Under the pieces are notes generated by a model, which saw only the letters and a list, made by a program, of their open reading frames with translations, was not told where the DNA came from and made no database searches. A program made the translations under genes and the position numbers. 64,000 nt of DNA, taken from contig OX597826.1 of assembly GCA_951406725.2 (NCBI GenBank), forward strand, positions 42,098,001-42,162,000, given 5' to 3'. Below, one piece after another: positions 26,724 through 38,579 of the stretch (positions within the stretch are counted from its first letter, which is position 1; each line of letters starts with the position of its first letter). The stretch is from Octopus vulgaris. Lineage: Eukaryota.

Positions 26724-27190
26724 TATTATGGCTGCCCCCTCGTTATCGAGTATGGCCATTGCACGAAACTTAACTGTTACTGGTGCTGTGATCGAATGTG
26801 ACTTTTTAGCCCAGCTAAAGATCTACAATGTCTTGTACAAAATTGGCAACTAAAACCTTTACTGGTTATAGCCGACTGTAGTTGTAACTGGGCTTCATGT
26901 ACCTTTGCATGTCGTTGAAGTCCTCCTGCCAAATTACACTCTCTTCCACATGCCTGACAGATATGATTAGTATGGTGTGTAACACCACCACCAGTGGCCA
27001 GGTTGTCACACATCTGTCTCGCTTTATGATTACGAAGATGACTCTTGAGTCCAGCTTTACTGAGGCAGAGTCTTGCACAGAGACTGCATGTCAGCATCAT
27101 AGGAAGACCCTTTCCATCTGCAAGTGTAACAGCGATGCCCTACCTGACATCCCTCCTTACTTTCTCATGTGCAACTCGAGATTTCTCAAA
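26724..27190 (-). mobile_element. 3' end of an RTE-clade LINE with three C2H2 zinc fingers
   Basis: CSLCARLCLSKAGLKSHLRNH, CQACGRECNLAGGLQRHAKVH and CQFCTRHCRSLAGLKSHIRSQH, then a short UTR hairpin ctcg-ataa-cgag and a microsatellite tail. Confidence 0.75.
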
Positions 27191-27281
27191 ATACATACAT
27201 ACATACATACATACATAAATACATACATACATACATACATACATACATACATACATACATACATACATACATACATACATT

Positions 27282-27620
27282 AGAATTCGACTCCGTCGAT
27301 CACGAATGACCATGGGTGCACCTAAGATGTTCCCCTCCGGGGTACAAGCCTAGGCGAACGCACAACCTAGTGTTGTTTTTATGGAAGACCAGCATACCAG
27401 CCTCGCCCTCTCCACGCCACCGATGTTATCCAAGGGAAAGGCAAAGGCCGATACAGTTTGGCACCAGTGACATCGCAACTCATTTCTACAGCTGAGTGAA
27501 CTGGAGCAACGTGAAATAAAGTGTCTTGCTCAAGAACACAACACGCAGCCCGGCCTGGGAATCGAACTCACAACCACACGATCGTAAGCTCGACACTCTA
27601 ACCACTGAGCCACGCGCCTG
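27282..27620 (-). mobile_element. tRNA-derived CORE-type SINE (head B, tail W)
   Basis: Head ggcgcgtggctcagtggttagagtg..gagttcgattccc; CORE-like gtgttcttgagcaagacactttatttcac. Confidence 0.88.
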
Positions 27621-27884
27621 CATACATACATACATACATACATACATACATACATACATACATGCATGCCTGCATTCATACATACATACATACATACATA
27701 CATACATACATACATACATACATACATGCATATATACATACATGCATACATACATACATACATATACATACATACATACATACATACATACATACATACA
27801 TACATACATGCATACATACATACATACATAATACATACATACATACATACATACATACATACATACATACATACATACATACAT

Positions 27885-28162
27885 ACTATAATGGCTGTCT
27901 ACTCGTTAGACGAACAAGACCATCGCTGACATTTTCCAAGCAATGCTCTTCAGTCGAATGCGGCTTATACAATACTACAACGAGTCTCACTGGCAACATC
28001 AAGAAACCCACAGATAAGCAAAGGGCAAGATATCCCACTCAGTAGAGCAGCGGATTTTTACATACAAGTTATCCTTCTCCTTGAGAAAGACCAAAGGCTC
28101 TTCATTTCTAGTGGGTTTACTACACCCTTAGACACCTATCCGAGTATTTCAATGTCCCGGCG
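27885..28162 (-). mobile_element. Probable 3' end of a second RTE-type element between (TACA)n arrays
   Basis: Terminus atggtcttgttcgtctaacgagtagacagccat resembles atggccatactcgataacgagggggcagccat at 26727-26759. Confidence 0.5.
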
Positions 28163-28341
28163 CATACATACATGCTTGCATACGTACATACATACATACA
28201 TACATACATACATACATACATACATACATACATACATACGTACATACATACATACATACGTACATACATACATACATACATACATACATACATACATACA
28301 TACATACATACATACATAAATACATACATACATACATACAT

Positions 28342-28390
<49 letters not shown>

Positions 28391-28427
28391 GACAGACATA
28401 GACATACACACACAAGCATGCATTTCA

Positions 28428-28680
28428 TAACTAGGATTGTACCCTCGATCACAAGATCATGGTTTCGTTTCCTGCACTGGGTGGTGGATTGTGTTCTTGA
28501 GAAAAACACTTCATCCTGCGTTGCTCTGCGATCACTTTGACATCTGGTACGTGGCACGTCTTGCACCTGTATAGGTATGTCGATTCGATGGAAGCAGTGA
28601 GCTAATGCACAAAAACAAACAATTGATCGCTATAAACAAATCATCTGTGCAGGTTGGTCTTTATCGAACTGGAGGGACTA
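28428..28680 (+). mobile_element. Old CORE-type SINE
   Basis: Degenerate B box ggtttcgtttcc followed by gtgttcttgagaaaaacacttcat..gttgctc. Confidence 0.55.
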
Positions 28681-28815
28681 CCAAGAGATAGATATGATAT
28701 GTATGCAAGCAAGCATACATACATACATACATACATACATACATACATACATACATACATACATACATACATACATACATACATACATACATACATACAT
28801 ACATACATACATACA

Positions 28816-28940
28816 TTGCCCAACAGATGTTAACATAAAGCTGAAGATCAGTGAAAGGAGAATACCTACGCTGAACTATTGAGAAATCTGCAGTTACTCT
28901 ATCCAGATTACAAGTTCAGATTTATACCTGTAATTATTCG
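28816..28940 (+). mobile_element. RLE (R4/Dong-type) retrotransposon fragment
   Basis: CPTDVNIKLKISE/ENTYAELLRNLQLLYPDYKFRFIPVII matches CPSDINISLKINEKEDIYGQLLRNLQLLYPDYEFIFIPIII at 41393-41704. Confidence 0.85.
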
Positions 28941-29127
28941 CTGCAGAAATAGTCTCGGGCGAATATTCTCCTTCTAGAAGACATCAGTGAAAACATCAAA
29001 TCTACCTTCCACACTCGATCGTATCAAATATGACATTACACGAATACATTTTATTCAATGCTTCTTCGTAGGACTTTATTTAATTCAAGCTTGACCAAGT
29101 TTTACGCACACATGCATACGTACCGCT

Positions 29128-29350
29128 TGCGGCGAGCTGGCAGAAAGGTTAGCACGCCTGGCGAAATGCGTAGCCGTATTTCGTCTGCCGTTACGTTCTG
29201 AGTTCAAATTCCGCCGAGGTCGACTTTGCTTTTCATCCTTTCGGGGTCGATAAATAAAGTACCAGTTACACACTGGGGTCGATGTAATCGACTTAATCCC
29301 TTTGTTTGTCCCTCTGTGTTTAGCCCCTTGTGGGCAATAAAGAAATAAAT
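29128..29350 (+). mobile_element. Full-length OK-like SINE monomer
   Basis: Head, Nin/Deu-like core and tail tgtttagccccttgtgggcaataaagaaata. Confidence 0.92.
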
Positions 29351-30245
29351 ATAAGAACGAATCATTCTTTTCAATTTGTGAAACAGATTTTGGGTTCATT
29401 GCCGATGACAAATAAAACAGAACAAACCTAGAAACACATGCGTTCTACAATTCAGTTACGTTATTCGCGGCCCTGTTTATTTTCACACATGTCCTCTGAG
29501 AGGATATTTTTCTCCCGAGACAATTTTTGCTGCAAAAGTTTTACCCCCTCCCTGTATACGGCTAATGCGTTTAACTATTTAACTAAAGAGATAACAGTTG
29601 GATATCCATACCCAGATGATATGATGAAGTGTTACAGTAACGATAAATATGTTAAGAGTTTTAATCTAATCGAATCTATGGAAGAAATTCCAGCTCAGCT
29701 TCTCTACAAGCAAGATCGAGTGTAGGCAATAGGTTAATTCCTGGTAGACTCTTTCTGCTGTTTAGAGTGAAGAAAAGAACAATGTGCAATAATTTACATT
29801 TGAAATATCTTGGGAGGATTAGTTCCATACTTTCCAGTTTGTCATGCTGGGGGCGGGGGCAATTCTGTCAATATATATATTCGAGAGCTGAAAGCCCTGG
29901 GATTTCTCTTTATCTCTTTTTAAGGTAGGATAAGGTGCTGCAATAGTTTGAAGTTCAAACATGTTCAGTTTTTCGACGTTCATCCATAGAACTATAAATG
30001 TTCTTTACGACTGTTGATGCGCGGGTATCACAAAAAGAAACACGAGCGAGGAAAGGAAAATCATACTAATTACAACCACCAAATGTGAAGCTCTAAATGA
30101 AGAGCTGTAGCAACACGGTAGGCGATGCAACAGTATCGCCAAAACCTACTAGGTGGAACCAGTCTTTGCAAAATACGTCATTAGTGTGTCTATTTAAATC
30201 ATACAAGGAGTGTACTGCTAATGTCATATGTCCTATTAAAAGAAA

Positions 30246-30616
30246 GGTGGAGGCGCAATGGCCCAGTGGTTAGGGCAGCGGACTCGCGGTTTCGATTCCC
30301 AGACCGGGCGTTGTGAGTGTTTATTGAGCGAAAACACCTAAAAGCTCCACGAGGCTCCGGCAGGGGATGGTGGTGATCCCTGCTGTACCCTTTCACCACA
30401 ACTTTCTCTCACTCTTCCTTCCTGTTTCTGTTGTACCTGTATTTCAAAGGGCCGGCCTTGTCACTCTCTGTGTCACGCTGAATATCCCCGAGAACTACGT
30501 TAAAGGTACACGTGTCTGTGGAGTGCTCAGCCACTTACACGTTAATTTCACGAGCAGGCTGTTCCGTTGATTCGGATCAACCGGAACCCTCATCGTCGTA
30601 ACCGACGGAGTGCTTC
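30246..30616 (+). mobile_element. SINE (head A, tail X) with 14-bp TSD
   Basis: TSD cctattaaaagaaa at 30232-30245 and 30617-30630; near-identical to 10775-11151. Confidence 0.94.
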
Positions 30617-31799
30617 CCTATTAAAAGAAAATGTAAGACGCTAACTGAGATTTCGACAAAACTTGTGGCCAAGTCCAGAGTTATGGTGAGGTGGCTTGAT
30701 TGAGTTCAGCTTATCAGTAAACAGTAATGAAAATTGGAATTGATTACAAATGAACAAATTTGAAACTCAAACCGCTTTATTTGAGTTGTAATTATAACAA
30801 ATGAGCTGGGCGAAGAGCGGCCTGTTTTATTGTTGTTGTCATTGACTGCCACTTATGGAAAGGTAGTGGTATCGCTTTTGACGAATAAAATAAACATATA
30901 TTTACTTAATGATTTTGGGGTGTGGTGAATGATGGAGATCAAAATACAAAATCTATTAAATGTTCAACTTCGATTATCTGCAGAATCAATTTCCTTCCAC
31001 TTCACCAACCTAATCAATATTTGGGTATATAGTATTTTCTAACTATAGATCAATATAGTTAACAAAGCAAATATCATCAGCGCAAGAGAAATAAAACACC
31101 AGGAAGGAAAGTAGTCGACATGTTTAACCATTAAACTAAATACAGAAGCTTTAGATACTGGGGTAGATGAGTCGAGAGGGTAGCAAAGTAACGATAAAAG
31201 GGCGGAGTGTCGGAACCTAGAGTTATATGGCCGAAACCCTTCCCGCCTGTTCTTTTAACAAACTTCATGATAAAAAGTATCAGTGCTTTATACAAGATTT
31301 GCGTTGTATATTTCTGATTTATATATTGATTCTGAGTGAAAACCTTGTGAATGGGGGGTATAGTCGTGTGGATCGTCCTAAGTATAAGACAAATATTGAT
31401 TTTATGGAAATTGAAAGATAGAATGGTTGACGAAAGTAATGTAAAATTTTGCTGACGGAAACTGTGAGGAATCACATTTTTTAGACCGTTTCCCTTCTTG
31501 GGTGGCAGACTAATTCCGTTGACCAAGACTTGGTCCTTGGTAAAGCTTTCATGGAGTCCATACATGAACCTTGGTTAACTTTTATCATTGTCCATACTGT
31601 TGCAAGCTTTCAGCCCAAGCCAGTAATATGAGGATAACTTCTCTTCTCATCATTTCACCATTGAGGCCATGAGTTAAGGTGCTGGGTACTGTCACTCCTT
31701 CTCTAATTAAGCTATTTAGCACAACAACGGTAACAACAACAGCAGCAATACAACAACAGCACAACACCAATATTAGCAACAAACAAAACAACAACCAGG

Positions 31800-31838
<39 letters not shown>

Positions 31839-31949
31839 GCAGCAGCAGCAGCAGCAGCAACAACAACAACAACAAAGACTCAGCACCTGAACTCAGAAAG
31901 CGAAGGAGTGTTTTACTGTTATAGACCCTTCTCTGATTTTGCTTTGGTG

Positions 31950-32452
31950 TAGAATAATCACTTGCCATATCGCGGTTCACCTATCGCGCCCTCACTACAT
32001 CGCGGATTTTTCTGGCGAATGTGAATGTAAATTTATATCACGGATTTCTCAGTATATCGCGGGTTTCCACGGCCGATGGATTTTTATATTTTTTTTTAGA
32101 TTTGAATAATTTTTGTGGTAAAATACGCATTTTCACGCCTAAAAAATTAATAAATTAATAAATAAAAATACAGTACAGTACTGCACTGTATAGCATATTA
32201 ATTAAAACATATTAAAAGAAAATATGTAGTGTACCGTAGATGAGTAAACAAAGAATCGCACATACTATATGGAAAACGAAACACGGGAAGCGAGTGTGTA
32301 GTGTTGTTTTGCATTTATAATAAAATAAATATATACAACTTATAAACATAATTAAAAACAATACACAATACTGTTTCCACTTCGCCGATTTTCATCTCAT
32401 GCGAGGCTTTTTGGAACGTAACACCCGCCGCGATAGTCGAGGAATTACTGTA
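31950..32452. mobile_element. pogo/Tigger-type MITE
   Basis: Left end taatcacttgccatatcgcgg and right end ccgcgatagtcgaggaattactgta (CAGT-type TIR, TA target). Confidence 0.75.
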
Positions 32453-32478
32453 TTTTATTATTAATAATAAATGGTTGT

Positions 32479-33065
32479 TAAGGCGGCGAGCTGGCAGAAA
32501 CGTTGGCACACCGGGGGAAATGCTTAGCGGTATTTCGTCTGCTGTTACGTTCTAAGTTCAAATTCCGCCGAGGTCGACTTTGCCTTTCATCCTTTCGGGG
32601 TCGATAAATTAAGTACCAGTTGCGCACTGGGGTCGATGTAATCGACTTAATACCTATGTCTGTCCTTGTTTGTCCCCTCTGTGTTTAGCCCCTTGTGGGT
32701 AATAAAGAAATAGGTATTTCGTCTGCTGTTACGTTCTAAGTTCAAATTCCGCCGGGGTCTACTTTGCCTTTCATCCTTCCGGGATCGATAAATTAAGTAC
32801 CAGTTACGCACTGGGGTCGATATAATGGACTTAATCCGTTTGTCTGTCCTTGTTTGTCCTCTCTGTGTTTAGCCCCTTGTATGTAGTAAAGAAATAGGTA
32901 TTTCGTCTGTCGCTACGTTCTGAGTTCAAATTCCGCTGAGGTCGACTTTACCTTTCATCCTTTCGGGGTCGATAAATTAAGTACCAGCTGCGTACTGGAG
33001 TCTATCTAGTCGACTGGCCCCCTCCCCTAAAACTTCGGGCCTTGTGCCTAGAGTAGAAAAGAATA
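32479..33065 (+). mobile_element. OK-like SINE trimer
   Basis: Units 2 and 3 restart at ggtatttcgtctg (32713, 32897); the last unit has the alternative tail ggccttgtgcctagagtagaaaag. Confidence 0.93.
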
Positions 33066-33633
33066 ATAAATAGTTGTTTAGTGTGTTGTAATGATATCAT
33101 GTTCGATGGTGTGGGCCATGATGGAATCACTCACATCACGGTCTTATGTAATTAGGAATCCAACACTACAATGTCAACTAAGGCTTGTTACGATGAGCCA
33201 TGGAGGAAGCTTCTACTGAAATTACACTCTATTGTTTAAAGCAAAAGTGGATAGCCCTAAAACCCTAACCCTAACCCTAAAACCCTAAAGCTAAACCCAG
33301 TACAAACGCACGGTGGTGATGGTGGTGGTAGTGGTGGTGGTATTAATCAATGTCTTTAGAAGTTAAACGTCTTTAGAAGGGGTACTCGTTTTTCATTTAT
33401 TACTGAAGTATCAATGCATCATCCTAACATGATCTTAAATTCACAACGACACTAGACATATTTATCATACGTAATCATAAATACGTTGCATGTATCAATA
33501 ACAAATACGGACTCAGCGTGTTTGACAGCAGAGTTTGTTATATCAAATATTATAAATGTGTGTTTGCAAATAAATTTGTAAAACTTGGAAGACATTTAAC
33601 AAGTCCCTCTTCTTCAACTAACGTATCTGGTAG

Positions 33634-33950
33634 TACAGGATGTCCCAAAAGTCAGTGATAGGTTTCAATTTTTAATAACTTCCTTAACTTCACAAATAAA
33701 TGCATGAAATTTTGATACAATATAAAGGATATAATGAAAATTAATATGCACAAGTCAAATTTTGCAATATCACTACATTACATATGGAAAAGGGATTTTT
33801 TTCTTGTGGGGATACCTCAGAGAGGGGGTTTACGTCAATAAACCAGAGACCTTGGTGCAACTGATAGAGAATATCAATAGAGAAATCTGAGAAGTAGGGT
33901 CTGAAACTCTTGAGGGTGTTATGGTGCAAGTTTGGGAAAAAGAACGGACG
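33634..33950 (+). mobile_element. Tc1-like deletion derivative
   Basis: TIR-like tacaggatgtcccaaaagt; 33793-33940 translates DFFLWGYLREGVYVNKPETLVQLIENINREI, a transposase C-terminal motif. Confidence 0.8.
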
Positions 33951-34568
33951 TTGGCTTTATAATTGAACGGTCGAAGATTCATCGGTCAGTTCCACAGCTG
34001 TTGTATATTCCCATGGTTGGTATCCCTTTCAGTACATTAATACACATCACTGTAAAATAGGAGCTGCTTTATACATAACTTCTAAAGACATTGATTAATA
34101 TTACCACCACCACCACCACCAGTAGGCTGGTGGGACTCTCGGACAACTGACCAGTGTTCCTTAAAATGACACTATGTAGCGTTTCAACCTTTTGTATGGG
34201 GGAAATGTAGTAAATTTAAGGAATAAATGGTATCGGGTATGACTGGGTTGGTGACAAGTTTGCGTTGGGTCCAGTTCTTCCAGATGTCAACCTCACCTAT
34301 ACGAGCACACACACACACACAGACACACACACACCTGCAGACATACAAAAGAGCGTGCAAAAACAGACACTCATATACATACGTATACACACACACGCAA
34401 GTACGTACAAACATATATACACACACTTATAGACACGAACATATACATACATTTTCCAACCATGAGTAGTCAGTTGTTTAATAAACTGAACTACCCGTCC
34501 CCTTGAGTTAGCTTATGAGTGGCCGAGTACTCCACAGACAGGTCTACTCTTAAATTAATTCTCAGATG

Positions 34569-34895
34569 AACTGGTGCTCCGTTGGTTATGGCGACGAGGG
34601 TTTCAGTTGATCCAATCAACAGAACAACCTTCTCGTGAAAATAACGTGCAAGCGGCTGAGCACTTCACAGACACGTGTACCCTTAACGTAGTTGTCAGGG
34701 AGATTCAGCGTCACGCAGAATGTGACGAGGCTGTCCCTCTGAAATACAGGTACAACTCGCTACTGCCAGCTGAGTGGACCGGAGCAACGTGAAATAAAGT
34801 GTCTTACTCAAAGAGACAAAGCGCTGCCAGGAATCGATCTCACGATTTTACGACCGTGAGCTGAATGCCATAACCACTAAGCCACGCCACTTCAC
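34569..34895 (-). mobile_element. SINE (head B, tail X) with 14-bp TSD, nested in an older tail-X fragment
   Basis: TSD ttaattctcagatg at 34555-34568 and 34896-34909; CORE resembles 27490-27540 and the 3' half resembles 10960-11145. Confidence 0.88.
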
Positions 34896-35058
34896 TTAAT
34901 TCTCAGATGGAATCAACGCGACAAATGCATCAAGGCTGAACTTTCGAATTATGGGTACCATCTACCCGACAGGCTGCCATATAATTCCGTCTACTCACTT
35001 GCCATTGGCCGATTCGAAGCATAGTAAAAGAAACTTGTCCAATATACCGTCCAATATA

Positions 35059-35478
35059 GGCGCAGGAGTGGTTGTGTGGTAAATAGCTTGCTTACCAATC
35101 ACATGGTTCTGGGTTCATTCCCACTGCGTGGCACCTTGGGCAAGTGTCTTCTACTATAGCCTCGGGCCGACCAAAGCCTTGTGAGTGGATTTGGTAGACG
35201 GAAACTGAAAGAAACCTCTCATATATATGTATATATATGTATGTATGTGTGTGTATATGTTTGTGTGTCTGTGTTTGTACCCCCAACGTCGCTTGACAAC
35301 CGATGCTGGTGTGTTTACGTCCCCGTCACTTAGCGGTTCGGTAAAAGTAACCGATAGAATAAGTACTAGGCTTCCAAAGAATAAGTCTTGGGATCGATCT
35401 GCTCGACTAAAGGCGGTGCTCCAGCATGGCCGCAGTCAAATGACTGAAACAAGTAAAAATAGTAAAGAGTAAAGAGTA
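35059..35478 (+). mobile_element. Full-length SINE family C
   Basis: Head ggcgcaggagtggttgtgtggtaa..gggttcattccc, internal TA/TG tract, tail ggcggtgctccagcatggccgcagtcaaatgactgaaac. Confidence 0.93.
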
Positions 35479-35963
35479 TACCAGGCAGAGAGACCGAACT
35501 CTTGACCTTGCGATTCACAAGCGAAACTTCTTAACAATTCGATTAGTTAATGTGTTGGAGAAGGTGATCTGATTGTGCTAAACGATTGTGAGAATCCGCC
35601 CTCCCTCACAGGCATAACACGTTTCCCAGTATTTATTGACCATACATACTAAAACGTCTGCTGTTGTTAAATGTTACCAGCTGATAAAGGATTCCTGTAA
35701 AGTTCAGATTAGATGTGTTTTGTCAGCCTTTACTAAGTCACCACACCCAATAATAAAATCCTATGCTGTTTCATAGATTTCAATGGCTACTTTCAGCCAT
35801 TGTTATAAATTCATGGTTGTGAATTTATTCGTATGCAAATATTGGTTACCTTTAGTTTTCTCACGCGAGAAAGAAAGCATTTTGTTCTTAAAGGATTCAA
35901 TTTCTATAAGAACAAATATGTACTCTGCAATGTTTATTTCGCACACACACACACGCATCGAAA

Positions 35964-36032
<69 letters not shown>

Positions 36033-36388
36033 CGTGTGAGCGCGCATGTCTGTGCGTACGTGTGCGTATGTGTGTTTGTATGTGTGTGTGTGCGTGCATG
36101 TGTGTGTATGTGTGCGCTTGTGTGTATGTATATACACGTGCATATGGATATGTACATATATATATATATATGTATGTATGTATGTATGTATGCATGTATG
36201 TATGTGTATATATATCTATATAGCTATATCTATATATATATATATAATGTTAGCATATTATATATAAAACAGTGTAATAGAAGGGTTACTCTGTTATTTT
36301 TAGTGGAGAACATATTTATTAAACTTTCACTAGGAAAAGATTGAAAGTAACTTCGAAGTTTCGACTCACTTGCCTTCATTAGACTGTG

Positions 36389-36451
<63 letters not shown>

Positions 36452-36654
36452 AAATAGAAAGATGAATAATCTTGTAGTAGATTAATCAAAAGTTTAACCG
36501 ATACCTTAGTAGCAAAAATCACAGCAGTAAACAGCACGGTTGGAGGTACAACCATATGGTGTTGCAACCGTGCGTTGGTGCGGATAATTGAAATTAAAAC
36601 ATTATTGGTGAATTGAAGAAATGGAGCTGAACGCAGATTGAACAGAAATCGTTT

Positions 36655-36748
36655 TATTTCATTCTACATGTGTTTCGAAAGGCACAAATTACCAAAATCC
36701 GATTGAATAATGGGACCATATTGTGTCTTTCTCTTCAGGAAGAAAATA
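36655..36748 (-). ncRNA. Type I hammerhead ribozyme, intact core
   Basis: Reverse-complement copy of 37388-37481; the helix III region reads GAAACACATGTA. Confidence 0.75.
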
Positions 36749-37387
36749 GGAAATCCGTTCCCCATTGGCGGCGTTACACTTATCTGGCTTTTAAATAGCG
36801 TTTATAAATAATACCGGCACCCATAGCCCTTGGTAACAAATTCTGAAATAGCCTTTAAGATATCTACGATTAACCACTGCAAGGGGAATTACTCCTGTAA
36901 GACAAACGGGGCTTGGTTTTTTCACAGCGGGGGGTTTCCTTGACAAGGCAGGCTTAGATGAACACACACACACATAAAACATAAAATATATATATTTTTT
37001 TTTTCTGCCACCCAACGGTTCTCGCGGCAGTAGCCACTGACAGCCGAACGCTCAAACGCACACACGTACACAAAAAATGTTTTCTACCCCTACGCCAACA
37101 CACACATATATAGAACAGTATACACACACACACGTCTCTAAGTAGATTTTTTCTCGCCCCTTATAAAACATCCAATATTCCTTAAATAGTCAGAACTTTA
37201 TTCTCGGTCACAAAGAACACCCACACACCCTCACCCACATGATTGACCGATGCCTGACCCGTTAAATTCTTCAGCCACCGGTTCTCAACATACACTGATA
37301 AACAGTTTCGCCATGGGCTCTTAGGAGCATAGTTCGATTTGTTTTTGCTCCGCCTCTGTTCTGTTTTTGTTTTTCCAACGGATTTCC

Positions 37388-37481
37388 TATTTTCTTCCTG
37401 AAGAGAAAGACACAATATGGTCCCATTATTCAATCGGATTTTGGTAATTTGTGCCTTTCGAAACACGTGTAGAATGAAATA
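37388..37481 (+). ncRNA. Type I hammerhead ribozyme, intact core
   Basis: Helix I tattttcttc/gaatgaaata; CTGAAGA 37398-37404; helix II gaaagacacaa/ttgtgcctttc; GAAA 37460-37463; palindromic acacgtgt; GUA cleavage triplet 37469-37471. Confidence 0.8.
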
Positions 37482-37533
37482 AAACGATTTCTGTTCAATC
37501 TGCGTTCAGCTCCATTTCTTCAATTCACCAATA

Positions 37534-37608
<75 letters not shown>

Positions 37609-38021
37609 GTTTCATAAGTCTTTAACAAGTTGACTTTTAGAGGTAGTTGAAATTACATGAAATGATAATTAGGCGTGGTGCGAGTAGATCGTGGAAATAT
37701 ATGTGTAGGAAGAGGGATAGTGAATGATAATGAATGATAAAGTGTTTGTAGGGCGTGTGTAGATAGAAAGTTATTGTGAGGAGATTTTATGTCATTTGCT
37801 GTAGGAATTCTGCTATTGTTTACGGTCAAGTCAAGCGTGGAAGTATCTGTGTGGAGAGGTCCATCAAATTTGGGTCACAGTATTCTTTGTATAGAAAAAT
37901 TGCTTTTTGTTGTTTAAAAGTTCACAAAATCAAACTGAGGTTAAATTGGGCTGTGTATTTTGGAAAGGTTAGGTATGAAAAACTTTGTTACAAAAATATT
38001 TATTTGTAATTTTTTTGTCTG

Positions 38022-38575
38022 TACGAGGGCAAGCTAAAAAGTTCATAGGCTGGTTATGAAGGAGTGATTCTAGAGCTGTGAGATCTTGCATGCATCAATT
38101 TCAGCTCTTATTCTTCAACTCAAATTTCTACAATATTTCTTTCCAGGTAAAATGACATCTGATTGCTCAAAGAAGACTTCAAAAGCAACTAGTAACAACT
38201 TCTCTGGAAAATGGTAAAATTTGGTATCGTAATGTTAGCAGGTATCTGCAGAAAAAAGGGTTTAGCCCCCAAGGGACATTCGTGCTGGCATAGTGGCTAC
38301 GTTAGAGGATGACACTCCAGCTGTATCAACAGTGCAAAAGTAGGCAACTGAATTTAAGTGAGGACGGGGGAGTCTTGAAGGTGACCCATGGTCTGGACGT
38401 CATGCAGCTCCACCACCGAGGAAAACATCGATCGTGTTCATCACATAGTGATGGATGTCAGGCTATTAACTATAAAGCAATTAGCTAATGCCATTAGCGT
38501 ATCTCGTGAGAGTGTTGAGAATATTCTGCTCAATGAACTTGGCATGACAAATGCGAACGAAAGTTGGATAGAACA
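38022..38575 (+). mobile_element. mariner transposon 5' relic
   Basis: TA plus TIR cgagggcaagctaaaaagttc; N-terminal HTH region ..SLEGDPWSGR/TTEENIDRVHHIVMDVRLLTIKQLANAISVSRESVENILLNELGM, with stops. Confidence 0.88.
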
Positions 38576-38579
38576 TCAG

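Larger units (their letters stand above)
36599..37537. mobile_element. Fold-back unit with 161-bp inverted repeats, each carrying a hammerhead (Penelope pseudo-LTR-like)
   Basis: 36599-36759 is the reverse complement of 37377-37537 with one mismatch by eye; (TA)n on both sides. Confidence 0.85.

Noticed and set aside
29438-29725. 95-aa ORF in unique sequence
   Set aside because: No recognisable domain and weak splice signals; the length is compatible with chance.
31131-31565. 144-aa minus-strand ORF
   Set aside because: No motif, AT-driven composition and no supporting exon structure.
33255-33298. True telomere
   Set aside because: Only a few degenerate units at an internal position; a similar ccctaa pair also occurs inside the MITE at 44533.
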